Of a stretch of DNA of 64,000 nucleotides, positions 31,301 through 39,698 are shown piece by piece. The notes under the pieces were generated by a model. The model saw nothing but the letters and a program-made list of their open reading frames with translations. It searched no databases and had not been told where the DNA came from. Source of the stretch: Flavobacteriales bacterium (GTDB lineage Bacteria; Bacteroidota; Bacteroidia; M30B66); assembly GCA_046294625.1 (NCBI GenBank), contig JBKBKN010000007.1, positions 2,517 through 66,516 of the forward strand, in the 5' to 3' direction. Position 1 is the first letter of the stretch. Each line of letters opens with the position of its first letter. Both the position numbers and the translations under genes were made by a program.

Positions 31301-31582
31301 CAGAAAATTGGTCAAATTAATTTGTCTTGTGCTATTAGGAGGTATATTCTCCAATATAGGTGCAAAGCTTAAATCAGCCGGCTGAAGGATTACAACGGCA
31401 GCTGGCTCATCTAAAGTAGAGATGACTAGAAAAATAGGTCTGTCGCGGAAAGGACCGCTACCACCGGCAGTAACATCAGGTGCAGCAAACCAGAATTCTG
31501 TATCGATCTGCGCATTTAATTTGACTTGTGTCAAAGCAATCAGCACTGTGACAAGTAAAAGTAATTTCTTCATCATATTCAT
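28394..31582 (-). CDS. large surface protein with PKD/Ig-like repeats and gliding-motility-associated (T9SS type B) C-terminal domain
   Basis: 1062 aa with a signal peptide and many Cys-containing Ig-like modules. The C-terminal NSFTPNGDGFNDLF...SVYNRWGNVVF...GVYFY is the TIGR04131/type B CTD signature. Confidence 0.75.
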   Translation of the reverse strand: MNMMKKLLLLVTVLIALTQVKLNAQIDTEFWFAAPDVTAGGSGPFRDRPIFLVISTLDEPAAVVILQPADLSFAPILENIPPNSTRQINLTNFLDRIETRPVNTIRTTGLLVRSSAPITAYYEVRSPNNTDIMTLKGKNANGTLFFTPFQTLWRNDNGEGGSEGLYNPPPRSGFIVMATDDTTDVTITPTNDLVGHPAGIPFTISLNRGQTYYCEAAGFSPNSRAPGTKITSTKPITVTIKDDMIDYDNSWGGADLAADQLISLDNTGKKHIAVRSALTLNDKAFILATEDNTDIFVNGEVTPAVTLNAGEQYVYDFTSDAAFIEGSKNIYVWQISGIGDQIAGALIPSLECTGSNQVGFVRTSGNTFNLNITIKAGAEGNFVLNGNPNLVPASAFQPVPGSNGEYVFARIQFNTQQIPSGTTCLLQNFSTELFHLGTTQRSNGASANFGYFSNFSYLNLGTDRQVCIGDSVTLDAGPGKTGYLWSTGDTTQRITVFQPGMYFVQVFSGSDCFATDTINVSYYEPPINLGGRDTICEGSSLLLAPPGVFLYEWQDGSTGNSFLVEEAGLYWVEITDFQGCKTRDTIIVETSPRPETPSITGPSEICEGENVQLTMSPTVQGAQYRWFGPNNTVFTGQTLNLSSLTAAQSGRYYGFYILAGCESFSDSIDILIKPSPEVYLGLNDTICGNTPVVLNPNSGPGNVYLWQDNSTDSTFTVTASGVFAVTVSNDIGCSRSDTVSITFTPVPDNPVIVGQSVVCEGGSISLTVAQQPGVTYTWSGPAGFAATGNSINIFPIDESNSGNYTVVGNIGNCLSDVINTGITVNENPVVTLPADQIVCSDSLITIDAGAGFFNYSWSNGANTQAITVGPGTYIITVGTIAGCTASDTITIISAGPTALFSSNPASTALPGVSIAFTDQSQANNGQINNWSWNFGNLNTSASQNPSFAFTTPGTYNVSLLVIDENGCSDQTSAQYLIAGEFAIPNSFTPNGDGFNDLFVIAGLEAFPNSKLSVYNRWGNVVFSTTAYQNDWAATDQPDGVYFYILELSNGDTFNGDITVVRK

Positions 31583-31767
31583 TTATGTTCAGGTTGATTT
31601 GTAGCAAAAGTATATGCAGCTGGATGCGAAAATGACACCAAAATGCATAACTTATTGATAATTGAATGTAGATAACTCTCGTGCAAGATTTAATCGTTTG
31701 GCTTAAATATAAAATCAAGCCATTGTACGCACGATTTTTTGAAAGGTTATAGATTTATCTTCCCGAT

Positions 31768-32229
31768 TTATAGTCTCACCAATTCTAAGCTTTCCGTATT
31801 TAGTGATTCTATTTTGCTTAACTCCAGCTCAAGTAGGTCTGCCCATGCATTTAAATAGATGGCAACATCAGATGACTTGTTGTAATTGAGATTAACCCCA
31901 TTGCCGATCGATCGGAGAATTTCTTTGTTTTCGAGACGTTCAAGCTCAATTAGTTCTGTCTGAGTAAATCCTTCGTCCAACATGAGATCTATAACGACAT
32001 CCATCGCCATTCCGCTTTGCGGACAATACTCCCTTAGTTGATCACGCCAATCTCCAGGCTTTTCCATTGCGAGCTGATGGATTTCCGAGTCACTAAGTGT
32101 GGTGAGCTCTCTGGCGAGAAAACCACAATTACATCGGCCCATATGACCCCACTCATATTTTCCATCATTTAATAATTTGGCAGCAGCCCTTCTCAAAGCT
32201 CTGACATTTTCTGCACTTGCTTTTGCCAT
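31768..32229 (-). CDS. hypothetical protein
   Basis: 153-aa ORF with ATG start and no recognised motifs (it contains HMGRCNCGF). It is divergent from the Lon N-domain gene. Confidence 0.4.
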   Translation of the reverse strand: MAKASAENVRALRRAAAKLLNDGKYEWGHMGRCNCGFLARELTTLSDSEIHQLAMEKPGDWRDQLREYCPQSGMAMDVVIDLMLDEGFTQTELIELERLENKEILRSIGNGVNLNYNKSSDVAIYLNAWADLLELELSKIESLNTESLELVRL

Positions 32230-32332
32230 AAGTTTTTAATGATAGGAACGCTAATGAACTAAAAAATGTTTTTATTTTCAATGAGCTTAAAAAACATTCG
32301 AACAAAAAACCTGCTCTAACTGTTTGATAATC

Positions 32333-32950
32333 ATGCAAAAAAAACATCAGCATATAGTCCCGATGTTTCCCCTCAATTCCATAGTCCTCCCGGGTGAAGA
32401 ATTACCGCTTTATATTTTCGAACCAAGGTATAAACAGCTGCTAAACGAAGTACTTGATAAGGGTATTGTGTTTGGGATACCATTTGTTAGGTATGGCAGG
32501 GTGTCCAAATTTGGTACTTTGGTCATGTTAAAGAAGGTGTTTGATACCAAAGATACCGGAGAAATGAATATAGCAGTTATTGGACTAAATACGTTCAAAA
32601 TAGCATCATTTTATGATGAATTTCCGGGTAAACTCTATCCGGGTGCTGAACTCATTCAAGATTTTCCGCATGATAGTCTTGCTGACCCAAAGGATTTAGA
32701 AAAAACCCAACTTGAACTGCTTAATTTTCAGCAAAAGCTCAATAAAGACTTGGAAAAAGACGCTCAAGTTGCTTTGAACAATAGCTTTGAGTTTGCCAAG
32801 CTTCTCGATTTATCAGTAGAGCATAAATACAACCTGATTATCAAACCAACAGAAGAAGAGAGACTTCGCTACATAAGAGAGTACCTTGTTTTAAATGCTG
32901 CCATAATTGCACAAGAAGAAAATCTGCAAAATAGATTTATCATGAATTAA
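32333..32950 (+). CDS. LON substrate-binding (Lon N-terminal) domain-containing protein, stand-alone
   Basis: MFPLNSIVLPGEELPLYIFEPRYKQLL matches the LON N-domain start motif. There is no AAA+ or S16 protease domain. ATG at 32333 (the ORF-track start at 32324 is a TTG). Confidence 0.65.
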   Translation: MQKKHQHIVPMFPLNSIVLPGEELPLYIFEPRYKQLLNEVLDKGIVFGIPFVRYGRVSKFGTLVMLKKVFDTKDTGEMNIAVIGLNTFKIASFYDEFPGKLYPGAELIQDFPHDSLADPKDLEKTQLELLNFQQKLNKDLEKDAQVALNNSFEFAKLLDLSVEHKYNLIIKPTEEERLRYIREYLVLNAAIIAQEENLQNRFIMN

Positions 32951-33019
32951 AAAAAGTTTGCACAGTCAAAATATTTTTCATTCCTTTGCAGCCCTCAAAA
33001 TTTAAGCATTCTTTAAGCC

Positions 33020-33253
33020 ATGTCAAAAGTTTGTCAACTTACCGGAAAGAAAACCATGATTGGAAACAGCGTTTCCTTTTCAAATAAGAAAACCAAGCGT
33101 AAATTTTTACCGAATTTAGTAAAAAAACGTTTCTACATCCCTGAAGAAGATGCGTGGATTACCTTGAAAGTATCTACATCTGCAATTAAAACTGTTAACA
33201 AAATCGGTATTTCAGAAGCAATTAAGCGCATTGAGAAGCGCGGTAGAATCTAA
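33020..33253 (+). CDS. rpmB: 50S ribosomal protein L28
   Basis: 77 aa with MSKVCQLTGKK...GN.VS.SN.KTKR.F.PNL consensus. Confidence 0.85.
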   Translation: MSKVCQLTGKKTMIGNSVSFSNKKTKRKFLPNLVKKRFYIPEEDAWITLKVSTSAIKTVNKIGISEAIKRIEKRGRI

Positions 33254-33276
33254 TCTACTTTATAATATTCACATTA

Positions 33277-33300
33277 AAGCCGCGCAAAGCGGCTTTTTTC
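33277..33300 (+). terminator. Rho-independent terminator after rpmB
   Basis: GCCGCGCAAAGCGGC hairpin followed by TTTTTT. Confidence 0.55.
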
Positions 33301-33349
33301 GTTTTATAATGTCTCATTAAGGCAGGATATTTGCTCCTGAACAAAAATT

Positions 33350-34948
33350 ATGCGCTTGCACAATCATCCTTTTCTGTTTGTTTTATTTTTAACGATTCTC
33401 AGCTCTCGTGGATTAGCTCAAAATCAAATCGTGAGCTACGACTTGCTGTTTGAGATTTTTCCTGAAGAAAAAAAAATCAAAGGTCATAATCGAATCACTT
33501 TCAAGGCCGCTCAAACTCAAAAAAAATTACAGCTTGCATTAAAGGAACCACTTGGAGTAGATTCAATTATCCTTTCAGGAATTAAAATTGATTTCAAAAG
33601 AAACAAAGACACGTTGCTAATTCCATTAGCAAAAATCGACAAAAGCAGGCCAAACTTGAATGTGGATATCTATTTTTCAGGCAAACCCCAAACGGCTGTG
33701 ATGCCTCCTTGGTCCGGAGGCTTCATCTGGGAAAAAGACAGTCTTGGCAGGCATTGGGTTAATGTAGCCTGTCAAAATGAAGGTGCGCAGCTGTGGTGGC
33801 CAGTTGATCCGGATTTGAGCAATGAGCCGCAGAGCGCTTCCATTAGCATCATCGCTCCGGCAACGCTTGAAGCGATTTCAAATGGTCGTTTGGCAAAAAA
33901 ACAATCATTGGCCGATGGGAAAACACTTAGCAAATGGGAAGTGAGTTACCCCATTAATACTTATAATATCAGCATTTATCTGGGTCATTATGTATTAATT
34001 ACAGACACCCTGCAGCGAAATGGAAAAACACTCGACCTTCACTATTATGTTCTGGATTACGAAAAAGAAAAAGCCAAAAGATGGTTCGGTGAAGAAGTCA
34101 AGCCGATGCTGCGATGCTACGAATCGGCCTTTGGAACATATCCTTTTGAAAACGATGGCTTCAAAATTGTGCAAAGCACTTATGCAGGCATGGAGCATCA
34201 AAGTGCTATTGCTTATGGAAATGGTTTTGCCCCCGGCTATAAAGGGGAAGACTACAGCGGTATAGGAATAGATTTTGACTTCATTCTCGTGCATGAAAGC
34301 GGACATGAATGGTGGGGAAATAGTGTAAGCAAAAAATCACGAGAAGACTTTTGGATTCATGAAGCATTTTGCACCTATGCAGAGAAGGTGTATGTCAACT
34401 GCCACTACGGGAATGAAATTGCTGAGGCATACATGCGCAACAAAAGAAGTATGGTAAAAAACAAATACCCCATTGCCGGACGACTCCAGCCCCTTCTTGA
34501 AACCACCGATCTTTACACTAAGGGAGCACTTTTTATAAGCAATCTGGAACATATCATAAGAAGAAACACGTCTTGGGAAGTTTTTTTAAAGTCTTTTGCA
34601 CAAGAAAACAAGCACAAAAATATCGAAACCCGAGATGTGATCACACAATTTAGTCAAGCAGCAGGATTTGACCTCAACCACATTTTTGAACAGTTTCTCT
34701 ACTATACCAATCTTCCCATATTAGAGTATCATTTCGAAAGTTTTGAAAAAAACGAATGGATACTCCACTATCGCTGGAATGCCGATGTGGCCAAATTCAA
34801 TATGCCTGTGACGGCACAAATCAATGATAGAAATGAATGGTTTTATCCTGGTGCCGAATGGAAAACCCAATTGATTTCGATTGAAAATCCTAAAGACTTT
34901 TCCTGGCGCGAAGATTTATTCTACGCCAAATTTAAAAAAGTCAGATAA
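33350..34948 (+). CDS. M1-family (gluzincin) metallopeptidase, secreted
   Basis: Signal peptide. HESGHEWWGN followed 18 residues after the second His by Glu in HEAFCTYAE gives HEXXH-X18-E, the M1 aminopeptidase zinc-binding signature. Confidence 0.75.
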   Translation: MRLHNHPFLFVLFLTILSSRGLAQNQIVSYDLLFEIFPEEKKIKGHNRITFKAAQTQKKLQLALKEPLGVDSIILSGIKIDFKRNKDTLLIPLAKIDKSRPNLNVDIYFSGKPQTAVMPPWSGGFIWEKDSLGRHWVNVACQNEGAQLWWPVDPDLSNEPQSASISIIAPATLEAISNGRLAKKQSLADGKTLSKWEVSYPINTYNISIYLGHYVLITDTLQRNGKTLDLHYYVLDYEKEKAKRWFGEEVKPMLRCYESAFGTYPFENDGFKIVQSTYAGMEHQSAIAYGNGFAPGYKGEDYSGIGIDFDFILVHESGHEWWGNSVSKKSREDFWIHEAFCTYAEKVYVNCHYGNEIAEAYMRNKRSMVKNKYPIAGRLQPLLETTDLYTKGALFISNLEHIIRRNTSWEVFLKSFAQENKHKNIETRDVITQFSQAAGFDLNHIFEQFLYYTNLPILEYHFESFEKNEWILHYRWNADVAKFNMPVTAQINDRNEWFYPGAEWKTQLISIENPKDFSWREDLFYAKFKKVR

Positions 34949-34997
34949 GCTGCTTTGAAACGGCTAAACAAAGTTTATTTGTGGTGGTTATCTTGCT

Positions 34998-35270
34998 ATG
35001 CTTCAAGATCATGAAATAGACCGCATCATCGAGATGGCCTGGGAAGATCGAACCCCTTTTGATGCTATTTACACCCAGTTTGGCCTTAAGGAAGATGATG
35101 TGAAAGCGCTAATGAAGCGGCATCTTCACCCTAACAATTGGCGAAAGTGGAGAGCACGCGTAGCCGGACGACACACCAAACATGCTAAACTTAGAAACGA
35201 CGAAGTGGATCGATTTAAGTGCAGTCGTCAAAAAGCTACAGGAAACCGAATAGCCAAGAAAAAATACTAA
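34998..35270 (+). CDS. TIGR03643/DUF2805-like small protein
   Basis: 90 aa. MAWEDRTPFDAI..QFGL.E..V..LMKR.L....WRKWRARV.GR.TKH resembles the DUF2805 consensus as I remember it. Confidence 0.45.
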   Translation: MLQDHEIDRIIEMAWEDRTPFDAIYTQFGLKEDDVKALMKRHLHPNNWRKWRARVAGRHTKHAKLRNDEVDRFKCSRQKATGNRIAKKKY

Positions 35271-37570
35271 TTCTTTCTTTCAAGCTTCACATTCAACTTG
35301 AGTAGGCCATACACACCAATAGCAGCTATGGAGAGCACAGTGATTTCAACCATGGTATCCAGCCCCCTGAAATCAACCAAAATTACATTAACCACATTCT
35401 TGCCCTTGGCTAACAGATAAGCGTTTTGCGCATAATACTCAGCTGTTTCCTTATTCATGGTCTCGTTAAGTACTTCGAGCACCAGCACGGTGATCAAACT
35501 GCCAAAGAGCAATGCTACCAGCCCATCTCGGATTCTTTGAACCACATTGGAATAAGTAAGATATCGAGGCAAACGATAGATAATAAGCACAAACATTACC
35601 ACAGTAAGGGTATCAATGGCAAACTGTGTCATAGCCAAATCGGGGGCGCTGTAAAACACAAATAACAAACATACTGAGAAACCTACCACCCCCATCGATG
35701 CGATTGCAGCTAATCTTGATTTGGAGAAAACGCTCATTATGATAGCTGCTAACATGATCACAATGATCATTGCTTCATACACAGTAATTTCCGACAAGGT
35801 ACTGAAATCAACATTAAAACTTATATCTGTGAGTAATTTATAGGCCAGTAGAGCAGACATGAAAACAAGTATGGTAAGCACATAGATACGCAGATATCCG
35901 TTCTGAACAGTCCGCGTAAATGCTTTAGCAAATGCACGAAAACCATCGCCGAAAGCATAAAGTAAGCTAATAGGAGCTATATTGTCAAATTTAGCGATGA
36001 ATTGCTCTTTTTGAGAATTGGGTTTAACCAATAAAAAAAGAGCGAACCCGGCTGCAAGCGTGAGCAAACTTAGCAATAGCACCGTATTGAAACCATGCCA
36101 TAACTTGAGTGGAGCAAAAGCGCCTTGCACATTCAAAGAATGTGCCGCTTGATTCAAAACGCCAACATCAGCCAAACTAGGCATGATACCAAAAAGTAAG
36201 CTCAACAGGCCAAGAATAAGAGGCGGCACCCATAGAAGCGGGGATGGAAGGTGCAATGAAGAAAACCGATCGGGAAGTTTTCCAATAAATGGCTTTACGC
36301 CTGCTTGAAAACCTGCGTAAAGCAAGAGTAAATTAGTGATAAATGCCGCTGTAATTAACCACACCGAATAATCCGGATGATGAAGTCCGGCTTCGTAAAT
36401 CAAATCTTTCCCCACGAAACCGAAAAAAGGCGGAAGGCCGGCATTAGACAAAGCGGCTAAAAACCCTGCTACGGCAACCGGCATCAACACTTTTCGTAAA
36501 CCCGAAAGCAGACTAACATCTCTGGTTCCGGTTTCATGGTCGATTATTCCGGTGATTAGGAAAAGTGCAGCTTTGTAAAGTGCGTGAACCAATATGAAAG
36601 TGACTGCCGCCATCAGTGCATCAGCAGTGCCGGCGCCAATCAGGAAAACGAGTATGCCAAGCGCTGAAATGGTAGAATAGGCCAAAATACCTTTCAGATC
36701 GGTGCGAAACAGTGTGTGAAAAGCAGCAAAAACCATGGTGATGCCACCAACAATCATGAGCGTATTGTTCCATAAATGATGGTCGCCGAGCAATGGATTG
36801 AAGCGAGCCAGGAGATAAATACCAGCTTTCACCATGGTAGCTGAATGCAGATAGGTAGAAACCGGTGTAGGTGCCTTCATCGCGCCCGGCAGCCAAAAGT
36901 GAAAAGGAAACTGAGCTGATTTAGTAAATGCTCCGGAAAAGACAAACAAAAGAACAAGTCCAAACCAAGCACTTGACTTAATCGAAGCTCCGTTTTGAAG
37001 CATTTCCTGAAAGGAATAAGTATCACTGATTCCGCCCATCAATAGAAAACCGGCAAGCAACATCAGCCCACCTCCTCCGGTAATTGACAAGGCAAGGAGC
37101 GACGATTTCCTCGATTCCGGATCTTCGTTATTGAAGCCAATCAAAAAGAAAGAGCTAATACTTGTTAACTCCCAAAAAACAAATAAAATAATCAAGTTGT
37201 CAGAAAGCACCAAGCCAAGCATGGCCGCCATGAACAGGCCGAGATAAGCAAAGAATCGGTCGAGATAGGGATGACCTTTCAGATAGTATGAAGCATAGAA
37301 AAAAACAAGTGTGCCTATACCCGTGATAAGCAACGAAAACAAAAGCGCAAGACCATCGAGATGAAAATCGAAGTTGATGCCAGCCGAAGGAATCCAAGAA
37401 TAATGAAAATGAAAAGCCTGCTCATTGACTTTACCAATAAACAGGGAAAAGTAAATGAATAGACTCAGCGGAACGAACCCTGCAATCCATGCATATTTGC
37501 TCTTGAGCAAAGGCCCAAAAGGAATCGCACTCAATGCAAAAAGTATTCCTGTGAAAACGGCTAAAAGCAT
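35267..37570 (-). CDS. Na+/H+ antiporter subunit A (MrpA/MnhA; NuoL-like proton-conducting membrane subunit with fused MrpB-like C-terminal domain)
   Basis: 767 aa and highly hydrophobic. NuoL/MrpA conserved core (WLP.AM.APTPVS.LHSATMV.AG), and a C-terminal extension typical of fused MrpA-MrpB. Confidence 0.8.
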   Translation of the reverse strand: MLLAVFTGILFALSAIPFGPLLKSKYAWIAGFVPLSLFIYFSLFIGKVNEQAFHFHYSWIPSAGINFDFHLDGLALLFSLLITGIGTLVFFYASYYLKGHPYLDRFFAYLGLFMAAMLGLVLSDNLIILFVFWELTSISSFFLIGFNNEDPESRKSSLLALSITGGGGLMLLAGFLLMGGISDTYSFQEMLQNGASIKSSAWFGLVLLFVFSGAFTKSAQFPFHFWLPGAMKAPTPVSTYLHSATMVKAGIYLLARFNPLLGDHHLWNNTLMIVGGITMVFAAFHTLFRTDLKGILAYSTISALGILVFLIGAGTADALMAAVTFILVHALYKAALFLITGIIDHETGTRDVSLLSGLRKVLMPVAVAGFLAALSNAGLPPFFGFVGKDLIYEAGLHHPDYSVWLITAAFITNLLLLYAGFQAGVKPFIGKLPDRFSSLHLPSPLLWVPPLILGLLSLLFGIMPSLADVGVLNQAAHSLNVQGAFAPLKLWHGFNTVLLLSLLTLAAGFALFLLVKPNSQKEQFIAKFDNIAPISLLYAFGDGFRAFAKAFTRTVQNGYLRIYVLTILVFMSALLAYKLLTDISFNVDFSTLSEITVYEAMIIVIMLAAIIMSVFSKSRLAAIASMGVVGFSVCLLFVFYSAPDLAMTQFAIDTLTVVMFVLIIYRLPRYLTYSNVVQRIRDGLVALLFGSLITVLVLEVLNETMNKETAEYYAQNAYLLAKGKNVVNVILVDFRGLDTMVEITVLSIAAIGVYGLLKLNVKLERKN

Positions 37571-37668
37571 ATTTTGATGTGGGCTAAATTAGCATAATTG
37601 CCATTGTGAGCTGGCTATTTAACGAGAATTAATAAGTGATGAGAAAAATTAAACCATGCTATTCATCA

Positions 37669-38004
37669 TCAAGGAACATTGCCATCTAACAAAATTGTTC
37701 CAAAAGGAATATTGCTGGTTTCTGTGCGAAACAATTCCTTATCGATATAAATGCTGGCCGTAGCACTTGAAAAATTACCTGTGGGGGTTACAGATAAAAA
37801 ATAGGGACTTCCATGATCCACTCTGAAGTTTCGTCTCCAATTTCCAGTTCGGTTTTCATAGGAAGGGAAATTGCCATTCACCGCAAACACAATGTCGCAA
37901 AAGCCTGTGCAGCTGACGCTAAATCTAACCCTAACCCGATCGCTATTGCAATTCAAAAAAAGAAAACAAATGGAGACCAATAATAAACTTTTGAGCATGC
38001 CCAA
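37669..38004 (-). CDS. small hypothetical secreted/lipoprotein-like protein
   Basis: Hydrophobic N-terminus MLKSLLLVSICFLFLNC (Cys lipobox-like). The start is probably the internal ATG two codons into the ORF-track TTG start. Confidence 0.3.
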   Translation of the reverse strand: MGMLKSLLLVSICFLFLNCNSDRVRVRFSVSCTGFCDIVFAVNGNFPSYENRTGNWRRNFRVDHGSPYFLSVTPTGNFSSATASIYIDKELFRTETSNIPFGTILLDGNVP

Positions 38005-38136
38005 AATTATAGAAATATCAAAAGGCCGTGATGAGAACCTTGCATGAGGATTTTATAAAATACGTTAATGGATAATTGGTTAAAATCTAAACTAAAATGG
38101 CCGCTGTTCAATCATGGCTTTTGCTAATTTTGCACC

Positions 38137-39498
38137 ATGTATTTTAACAATATCCTTGAAACCATCGGTAACACACCGTTGGTTAAAATCAACACACTCG
38201 CCAAAGACATTCCGGCGCTCGTATTAGCTAAAATAGAAACCACTAATCCGGGTAATTCCATTAAAGACCGAATGGCACTTAAAATGATAGAAGATGCTGA
38301 AAAGTCGGGCGTTTTGAAACCAGGAGGCACCATCATTGAGGGAACGAGTGGCAATACCGGAATGGGTCTTGCCATTGCGGCCATCATCAAAGGCTACAAG
38401 TGCATTTTTACTACCACCGACAAGCAATCAAAAGAAAAGGTTGACGCACTTCGCGCATTTGGTGCCGAAGTGATCGTATGTCCAACAAATGTTGAACCGG
38501 AAGACCCAAGATCATACTATTCTGTTTCATCTCGGCTTGAAAAAGAAGTGCTAAACGCATGGAAACCCAATCAATATGACAACCCTTCGAATAGTAGTGC
38601 GCACTACGAACAAACAGGTCCTGAAATTTGGGAACAAACCAATGGCAAAATCACTCATCTTGTAGTGGGTGTAGGCACCGGCGGCACGATCTGTGGCACA
38701 GGTAAATTTCTAAAGGAAAAGAACCCCAACATTCAAATTTTAGGCGTTGACACTTATGGTTCTGTTTTCAAGAAATACAAAGAAACCGGGGTGTTCGATA
38801 AAAATGAAATTTATCCCTACATCACGGAGGGTATCGGAGAAGACTTTTTACCGAAGAATGTAGATTTTAATATTATCGACCATTTCGAAAAAGTGACGGA
38901 TAAAGATGCGGCTATATTCACCCGAGAGCTGGCACGAAAAGAAGGTATTTTCGTTGGCAATTCAGCCGGTGCAGCTATGGCTGGGCTACTGCAAATGAAA
39001 GACCGATTTAAGGAAGGAGATTGTGTTGTCTTAATTTTTCACGATCATGGCAGCCGCTATTTGGGTAAAATGTTTAACGATGACTGGATGCGCGAACGTG
39101 GATTTTTGGAAGTAAGAAAACCTAAAGCCATTGACCTCATCGAAAAACATAAAAACCGTCCTTTAATCACACTTGATGCTGAAAGCACCCTTGCCGAAGC
39201 ATTTGAATTGATGCAGAAATATGACATATCTCAAATTCCTGTTAAGTCAGGTGAAGATTTTGTTGGCTCCCTTTCGGACAATCACCTTTACGCCAAAATG
39301 ATCGCTAACCCTGAATTGAAAGGTGAAAAAATCAGGGCTATTATGCAAACGCCTTTCCCTTTCGTGAGTGCTCAGGCTCCCTTAGAAGAGGTTACACGAC
39401 TTATCAATAGAGAAAATTCAGCTGTGCTGGTCAAAGACATGCTTGGTGATGTTCACATCATCACCAAATTTGACATTATTGAGTCAATCGGATTATAA
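38137..39498 (+). CDS. cystathionine beta-synthase-like PLP enzyme (cysteine synthase domain plus C-terminal CBS pair)
   Basis: PLP-binding region (NPGNSIKDRMA, GTSGNTG). The C-terminal about 130 aa holds two CBS domains. 453 aa. Confidence 0.8.
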   Translation: MYFNNILETIGNTPLVKINTLAKDIPALVLAKIETTNPGNSIKDRMALKMIEDAEKSGVLKPGGTIIEGTSGNTGMGLAIAAIIKGYKCIFTTTDKQSKEKVDALRAFGAEVIVCPTNVEPEDPRSYYSVSSRLEKEVLNAWKPNQYDNPSNSSAHYEQTGPEIWEQTNGKITHLVVGVGTGGTICGTGKFLKEKNPNIQILGVDTYGSVFKKYKETGVFDKNEIYPYITEGIGEDFLPKNVDFNIIDHFEKVTDKDAAIFTRELARKEGIFVGNSAGAAMAGLLQMKDRFKEGDCVVLIFHDHGSRYLGKMFNDDWMRERGFLEVRKPKAIDLIEKHKNRPLITLDAESTLAEAFELMQKYDISQIPVKSGEDFVGSLSDNHLYAKMIANPELKGEKIRAIMQTPFPFVSAQAPLEEVTRLINRENSAVLVKDMLGDVHIITKFDIIESIGL

Positions 39499-39513
39499 AT
39501 AGTGAAAAAAATG

Positions 39514-39543
39514 AAAAAGGCTCCCGAAAAGGAGCCTTTTTTG
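39514..39543. terminator. intrinsic terminator (hairpin with T-run) between cbs and tRNA-Ala
   Basis: AGGCTCC-CGAAAA-GGAGCCT followed by TTTTTT. Confidence 0.55.
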
Positions 39544-39617
39544 TGGAGAATACCGGATTCGAACCGGTCACCTCTTGCCTGCCAGGCAAGCGCTCTAGCC
39601 AAATGAGCTAATTCCCC
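39544..39617 (-). tRNA. tRNA-Ala (anticodon GGC)
   Basis: The reverse complement folds as acceptor GGGGAAT/ATTCTCC with G3:U70 (the Ala identity element), D-arm GCTC/GAGC, anticodon loop CUGGCAG (GGC), T-arm ACCGG-TTCGAAT-CCGGT. Confidence 0.8.
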
Positions 39618-39698
39618 CTTTAGATATTTACCAATACTTTTGTTAAATGGCCTGCAAAATTAAAAAAAATGTAATTTGAGCCAATTAAAAAATTAATT

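Noticed and set aside
31583-31767. Intergenic region upstream of the type B CTD gene, examined for repeats or small genes (ORFs 31422..31604 and 31476..31718)
   Set aside because: No repeats, and the small ORFs are low-complexity and overlap the 5' end of the large gene. It is interpreted as a promoter region.
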